A DNA stretch of 64,000 nt from an uncultured Gemmatimonadales bacterium. GTDB taxonomy: Bacteria > Gemmatimonadota > Gemmatimonadetes > Gemmatimonadales > GWC2-71-9. Below the pieces are notes generated by a model. It did no database searches, was not told where the DNA came from, and saw only the letters and a list, made by a program, of their open reading frames with translations. Shown piece after piece: positions 59,418 to 64,000 of this stretch. Numbering within the stretch: position 1 is the first letter of the stretch; each line of letters opens with the position of its first letter. The DNA lies in NCBI GenBank assembly GCA_963730185.1, contig CAVSQW010000008.1, positions 416,001 through 480,000 on the forward strand, in the 5' to 3' direction. A program made the position numbers and the translations under genes.

Positions 59418-60554
59418 TCAGCGGCCGGCGCCGGCTTGCTCGGCGGCGGCGGCGGGGCGAATGCGGGTGCCCGGCTGAATGGTCCGGGCCGAGCCGATGA
59501 TCAGGGTGTCGCCCGGGGCGATGCCCGAGACGATCTCGACCCGGTCGCTGGTGGCGTCCTCGATCCCGGTGTCGACCTCCACCCGCTGGGCCGTCCCGTT
59601 GACGAGCCGGGTTACGGTCGGGCGAAGGCCCCGCCGGTCGATGGCGGAGACGGGCACCACCACGCCGACCCGCGACTCCAAGGCCGCGCGGCCCTGGGCG
59701 AAGAGGCCGGCCGCGAGGCGCCCCGACGTATTGGGCAGGGACACCGTGATCCGGACCTGCCGGGTGGTCGGGTCGACCGCCGGATTGATCCGGACGATCT
59801 TGCCCTCGAAGAACCGGGTGCCGTAGCCGTCCACCGAGAAGGGCACCGCCGTTCCCGGCCGAAGGCTCTCCAGGGCCGACACCGGCACCTGGGCCTCGAG
59901 TCGGAGACTGGACGGGTCGATCACGGTGAAGAGTGGGTTCCCGACTTGAACGACGTCGCCGGCGTTGGTCCGGCGCTCGCTCACCACCCCGGTCAGCGGC
60001 GACCGGATTTCGGTGTAGCGCAGCTGCTTCTCGGCCGCGGCGAGCCTGGCCTTGGCGTCAGCCACGGCGCCGTCGGCGTTGGTGGCGGTCCACTGGGCCT
60101 GCTCCAGGTCGCGATCGGCCATCGCGCCGGCCTGGGCCAGCTTCTCGGCCCGCTCGGCGTTGCGGTGGGCGACCTGGGCCGCCTGCTCGGCCGTCCGGAG
60201 GCCGGAGCGGGCGGAGAGTGCGGCGTCCTTGACGGCATCTTCGCTGAGACGGGCCAGGAGCTGGCCGCGGTTGACGTGCTGTCCCTCCTCGACCTCGACC
60301 CCGACCACGGTGCCGCCGAGCTCCGCCCGAACGGTGGCTTCCCGTTCGGGCGTGAGGGTGCCGGAGACGATCGGACCGGTCCGGAGGGTGTCGGTCACCG
60401 TCAGGTAGAGGTTTTCCGGGCCCACCAAGACCGGGGCCGGTTCGGCGTCGGCCTGTTCGGCCTGGCCGGAGCCGCCGCACCCGGCGGCCAAAATGGCGCC
60501 GAGGAGAAGGAGGGCAGGGGCGAGGGCCCGTCGGGGATCGAGGGTCGCGATCAT
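59418..60554 (-). CDS. RND efflux periplasmic adaptor (MFP) lipoprotein
   Basis: Lipobox AAGC; VEEGQHVNRGQLLA, IRSPLTGVV, INPAVDPTTR. Confidence 0.9.
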   Translation of the reverse strand: MIATLDPRRALAPALLLLGAILAAGCGGSGQAEQADAEPAPVLVGPENLYLTVTDTLRTGPIVSGTLTPEREATVRAELGGTVVGVEVEEGQHVNRGQLLARLSEDAVKDAALSARSGLRTAEQAAQVAHRNAERAEKLAQAGAMADRDLEQAQWTATNADGAVADAKARLAAAEKQLRYTEIRSPLTGVVSERRTNAGDVVQVGNPLFTVIDPSSLRLEAQVPVSALESLRPGTAVPFSVDGYGTRFFEGKIVRINPAVDPTTRQVRITVSLPNTSGRLAAGLFAQGRAALESRVGVVVPVSAIDRRGLRPTVTRLVNGTAQRVEVDTGIEDATSDRVEIVSGIAPGDTLIIGSARTIQPGTRIRPAAAAEQAGAGR

Positions 60555-62131
60555 GGGAACGTCTGGCCTCCGGTCGCCGGCTGTTGCGGTGCGGCCGTCG
60601 TACTGGTGGTGGGGGCGGTCGAGGCGCCGGCCTCGGTCGCCATGCTGCTGGCACCGGCCAACGGCAAATCGGGCAAGAGAGCCATCCTGACCCGGGCGAC
60701 CTGGAGATCGCGGGCCGCCCGGGCCCGGTTCACCTGGGCCTGCTGGAGCGCGATCCGGGCGTCGAGCAGCTCGGTCTGGGTGGAGATCCCCTCGCGGAAG
60801 CGGAGATCGGCGATCTGATAGGCCCGGTTGGCCTGCGCCTCGGTGCCCTCGCTCGCCACCCAGGCCGCTTCGGCGGCCCGGAGCTGGGCCAGCGAGTTCC
60901 GAGCGTCGAGCTGGGCGGCCTTGGCCGTCTGCTGCCGCTGGAGCCTGGCCTGGGCCAGCGCCGCCTTGGCGGCCACCCGGTCGCCGCTGATCCGGCCCCC
61001 GGTGAAGATCGGCACCTGCACCCCGAGGGAGAGACGCCAGTCGGTCACGAACTCGTTCCAGCTCGGCAGGCCCCGGGAGGGATACCCGATCCGGCTGTAT
61101 TGCGAGGTCAGTGAGATCGACGGGAAGCGCTGGGCCCGGGAGGCGGCGTCGAGACCCTCCTGCGCCCGGATTGCCTCACCGGCCTGCCGGACCGCCGCGC
61201 GATCCGTGGCTGCCGTGTCAGGCGTGGCCGACGCCGCTTCGGCCAGGGTCGGTGTCGAGGCAAACGAGGTATCACCCAGCTCGGTCGTCAGCGCGAGCGG
61301 CCGATCCAGCGGAAGGTCGAGCAGCTGCTTGAGGCGGACGTCGGCCAGATCGCGCTGCGCCTCGGCCTGGATCAGCTGGGTGCGCTGATTGTCGCGGGCC
61401 ACCCGGGCTCGCAGCACGTCGAACTCGGGGGCGTTGCCCACCTGCTCGCGGAGCTGGGTCTGGTGCAGGGTCGTGTCGGCCTGACTCAGGGTGGCCTGGG
61501 AGATCGTGGCGAGCCGGCTGGTCAGGGCGGCGTCGTAGTACGCCTCGACCACGTCGAGGATGAGCTTCGCCTCGGCCGAGGTCACGCCGATCTCGGCGCT
61601 CCTCCGGGCCGCGTCGGCCGCCTTCATCCGGCCGAAGATCTGTCCGCCGTCGAACAGGACCTGCGACCCCGAGAGGCCGAGGTTGTAGGTGTTCTTGCGG
61701 CCAAAGGGCAGCCGACTGAACCCGGCGAAGGGATTGACCGTCGTGGTGCACTCGACCGCCTGCTCGAGCGCCGCCAGCCGTTGGTCGAGCGGCGTGTTCG
61801 GATCGGGCGTGAAGGCATCGCACGAGGCGGGTGCCGTCACGGTGCTCGTGTCGGGCGTCGAGCTGCTCAGCACGTTGTCGAACTGCGACTTGATCTGCCG
61901 GGTGTAGGACGCCGATCCCGTGATCTGGGGGAAGAGGGCGCTTCGGGCCTGCATCAGCTGACCGCGGCTCCGTTCGACGGCCACCCGGGCCAGGGCGACG
62001 GCCTCGCTGGCCGGATGGGCCAACGCCAGCGCCTCCTCCAGCGACAGCGGTCGGGCCGATTCCGGGGTTTGGGCCTGGGTCGGGACCGCGACCAGCGCCA
62101 GCAGCAGGGCTGTCCACAGTCGCCGGATCAC
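60551..62131 (-). CDS. TolC family outer-membrane efflux protein
   Basis: GTG 62131; signal ending TQA-Q; LSLEEALALA, ARSALFPQI, VPIFTGGR, REGISTQTELLDAR. Confidence 0.88.
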   Translation of the reverse strand: MIRRLWTALLLALVAVPTQAQTPESARPLSLEEALALAHPASEAVALARVAVERSRGQLMQARSALFPQITGSASYTRQIKSQFDNVLSSSTPDTSTVTAPASCDAFTPDPNTPLDQRLAALEQAVECTTTVNPFAGFSRLPFGRKNTYNLGLSGSQVLFDGGQIFGRMKAADAARRSAEIGVTSAEAKLILDVVEAYYDAALTSRLATISQATLSQADTTLHQTQLREQVGNAPEFDVLRARVARDNQRTQLIQAEAQRDLADVRLKQLLDLPLDRPLALTTELGDTSFASTPTLAEAASATPDTAATDRAAVRQAGEAIRAQEGLDAASRAQRFPSISLTSQYSRIGYPSRGLPSWNEFVTDWRLSLGVQVPIFTGGRISGDRVAAKAALAQARLQRQQTAKAAQLDARNSLAQLRAAEAAWVASEGTEAQANRAYQIADLRFREGISTQTELLDARIALQQAQVNRARAARDLQVARVRMALLPDLPLAGASSMATEAGASTAPTTSTTAAPQQPATGGQTFP

Positions 62132-62709
62132 TGGGGCGCCTCCTCGAGGCCCAGAGCTCGGACAAACAGTTCCACGTAACGCTCCACCGAGGTTTCGGGT
62201 GGGTCGGAATACATCTGCGAGAGCACGTCCCGGCTCATCGCGTCGGCGAACAGCGTTCCCATGAACATCGTCACCGCAGCGGCGAGGGGGACGTCGTCGC
62301 GGATCCGTCCGGCGGCCTTCAGCTCGCGGAGGTAGCGGATCAACTCCTGACCCGCGCAGACCGTCGGGGTCTGCTCCGGCGGCATCAGGTCGGGGTGCTC
62401 CTCGATCTCGCCCATCGCGGTCCGGATCAGGGACCGGCGGGCGTAGAGTTCGCGGTGATTGAGGGTGGCCCATTCGGTCAGCTCGACCCGCGGGTTCTCA
62501 GGACGGGCGGGGAGCTGGCAAAGATTCGCGCTCGAGCCGGCGCACTTGAAGGCCTCGTGGAGGAGCCGCGTCTTCGAGCCGAAGTGCCGGAACAGCGTGG
62601 TTTCGTTTACCCCCGCACGCTCCGCGATCCGGCGGGTCGTGGCGCCCCGAAAGCCGGTCTCGGCGTAGAGCTCGGCGGCGGCGTGGAGGATTCGGTCGCG
62701 GACGTCCAT
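62128..62709 (-). CDS. TetR/AcrR family regulator of the efflux operon
   Basis: RDRILHAAAELYAETGFRGATTRRIAERAGVNETTLFRHFGSK. Confidence 0.92.
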   Translation of the reverse strand: MDVRDRILHAAAELYAETGFRGATTRRIAERAGVNETTLFRHFGSKTRLLHEAFKCAGSSANLCQLPARPENPRVELTEWATLNHRELYARRSLIRTAMGEIEEHPDLMPPEQTPTVCAGQELIRYLRELKAAGRIRDDVPLAAAVTMFMGTLFADAMSRDVLSQMYSDPPETSVERYVELFVRALGLEEAPQ

Positions 62710-62741
62710 AGGACCGGCAAGGATAAGGACCCTTCAAAATC

Positions 62742-62763
62742 GATGCAAGCGGGTGCTTGCTTC
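62742..62763. promoter_or_regulatory. Palindromic candidate TetR operator
   Basis: GATGCAAGC-GGGT-GCTTGCTTC (9-bp arms, one mismatch), about 35 bp upstream of the tetR ATG. Confidence 0.6.
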
Positions 62764-62911
62764 TCGACGGTAACACCGGCGTAACGAGCCCCTGATCTCA
62801 CCCGGTATTGCCCATGTAAACGATTGTGGGGCTGAGGCTTGTAGAGGTACAACGAAGCCGGCGACCGAGCCAGAGGGCCCGGTCGCCGGATCGGACTACC
62901 CAAAGACGCGA

Positions 62912-64000
62912 TCAGCCAGGGCGACGCCAGAAGAAGTAGACGGGTACGCCGAGGAGTGCTCCGCCAATGCCGATCGCGCCCCGAATCGGGGTCTGGATCG
63001 CGGTGTTGAGCACGATCGCGACCGCAGACAGGACAAAAAGGATGGGAGTGATCGGATAGCCGGGGACCTTGAAGGGCCGGGGCGTGTCGGGCTCCTTCCG
63101 ACGGTAGGCAATCACGCAGAGGCCGCCCAGACCGTAGAAGATCCAGCCGACGAACACCACGTAGGTGAGCAGGGTGTTGAAGGTCCCGCTCATGGCGAGC
63201 AGGAAGGCCCAGACGCTGACCGCGATAATCGAATTGGCGGGGGTGCCGAGGGTCGGGTGGACCTCGCCGAGGGCCTTGAAGAACACCCCGTCCCGGGCCA
63301 TGGCGTAGAACACTCGCGAGGCGGTGAGGAGGAGGCCGTGGGCCGCGCTGATCACCGAGACGAGGACCGGGATCGCGATCAGACGGGCGGCGGTCGGGCC
63401 GAACGAGGCCCCGACCGCGTCCGAGGCCACCGTGGTCGACACGGCCAGGCGGTCCGGGCCCAGCCCGGCGATGTAGCCGATGTTGGCGAGGACGTAGATC
63501 ACCACGATCGCGAGCGTGCCCAGGACCAATCCGCGGGGGAAGTTCCGCTGCGGGTCCTTGACCTCGCCGCCGACGAAGGTGGCGTACTGCCAGCCTTCGT
63601 AGGCCCAGAGGACACTGATCATCGCCGCCAGGCCGCCGGTGAGGACGGTCCCGTCGAACGAGGGCGGCCAGGCCACGGTGACTTCGGAAAATCCGTGGCC
63701 CACCACCGGGAGCACCACGATCAGCACCACCAAGGCCAAGGCTTTGAGGACCGTGGCCACCGTCAGCAAGCTGGCGCTCTGCCGGGTGCCTCGGACGTTG
63801 ATGACGGCCAGGCTGGCGATCACCACGAAGGCCACGACCTTCTTGCCGACCGCGCCTAACGGGATCAGCGCCGCCATGTTGTCGCCCGCCGCCACTCCGA
63901 GCGCGGCCATGCTGCCGCTCGCGATGACCAGGAACAGGGTCCAGCCGTAGAGGAAGGCGGGCAGGGGGCCGAAGGCATCGCGGATGTAGGCGTAGAGCCC
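62912..64000 (-). CDS. APC family amino acid permease (5' end outside window)
   Basis: GLYAYIRDAFGPLPAFLYGW at the window edge; LWAYEGW, GEVKDPQRNFP, SRVFYAMARDG, RPFKVPGYP. Confidence 0.88.
   Translation of the reverse strand, partial: GLYAYIRDAFGPLPAFLYGWTLFLVIASGSMAALGVAAGDNMAALIPLGAVGKKVVAFVVIASLAVINVRGTRQSASLLTVATVLKALALVVLIVVLPVVGHGFSEVTVAWPPSFDGTVLTGGLAAMISVLWAYEGWQYATFVGGEVKDPQRNFPRGLVLGTLAIVVIYVLANIGYIAGLGPDRLAVSTTVASDAVGASFGPTAARLIAIPVLVSVISAAHGLLLTASRVFYAMARDGVFFKALGEVHPTLGTPANSIIAVSVWAFLLAMSGTFNTLLTYVVFVGWIFYGLGGLCVIAYRRKEPDTPRPFKVPGYPITPILFVLSAVAIVLNTAIQTPIRGAIGIGGALLGVPVYFFWRRPG

Overview
A very GC-rich bacterial chromosomal window. The gene repertoire (Ig-like/RCC1 lipoprotein, kinase-TPR proteins paired with ECF sigma factors, M6 protease, beta-propeller protein) suggests Gemmatimonadota; this is an inference, since no marker gene is present. 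Several ordinary genes (M50 protease, speA, gltA, a Tat-exported epimerase, spt, actF) are broken by clustered 1-bp indels that look like long-read sequencing errors. Housekeeping content includes queC (partial), queF, speA, gltA, acyl-CoA dehydrogenase with TetR, dodecin, dinB, a molybdate/tungstate ABC permease and ATPase, ferritin, pilT, a TrmJ-like methylase, an ABC exporter and a TetR-TolC-MFP-RND efflux operon. No rRNA, tRNA, CRISPR array, transposase or phage gene was seen. Four observations stand out. (1) A four-gene candidate sphingolipid operon: Spt-like, bCerS-like GNAT, CerR-like SDR and an Aur1/IPC-synthase-like PAP2 protein. (2) An alternative complex III operon (actABCDEF) with no adjacent oxidase; it shares a Rex/CRP-type operator (TTGTGAA-N4-TTCACAA) with a nearby plastocyanin-like lipoprotein. 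(3) A kinase-associated ECF sigma/STK-TPR pair divergent from three uncharacterised exported proteins, including a predicted outer-membrane barrel, which could form a surface-structure assembly system. (4) Four copies of a heptamer-based, G-rich/C-rich inverted-repeat element, found only between convergent genes.
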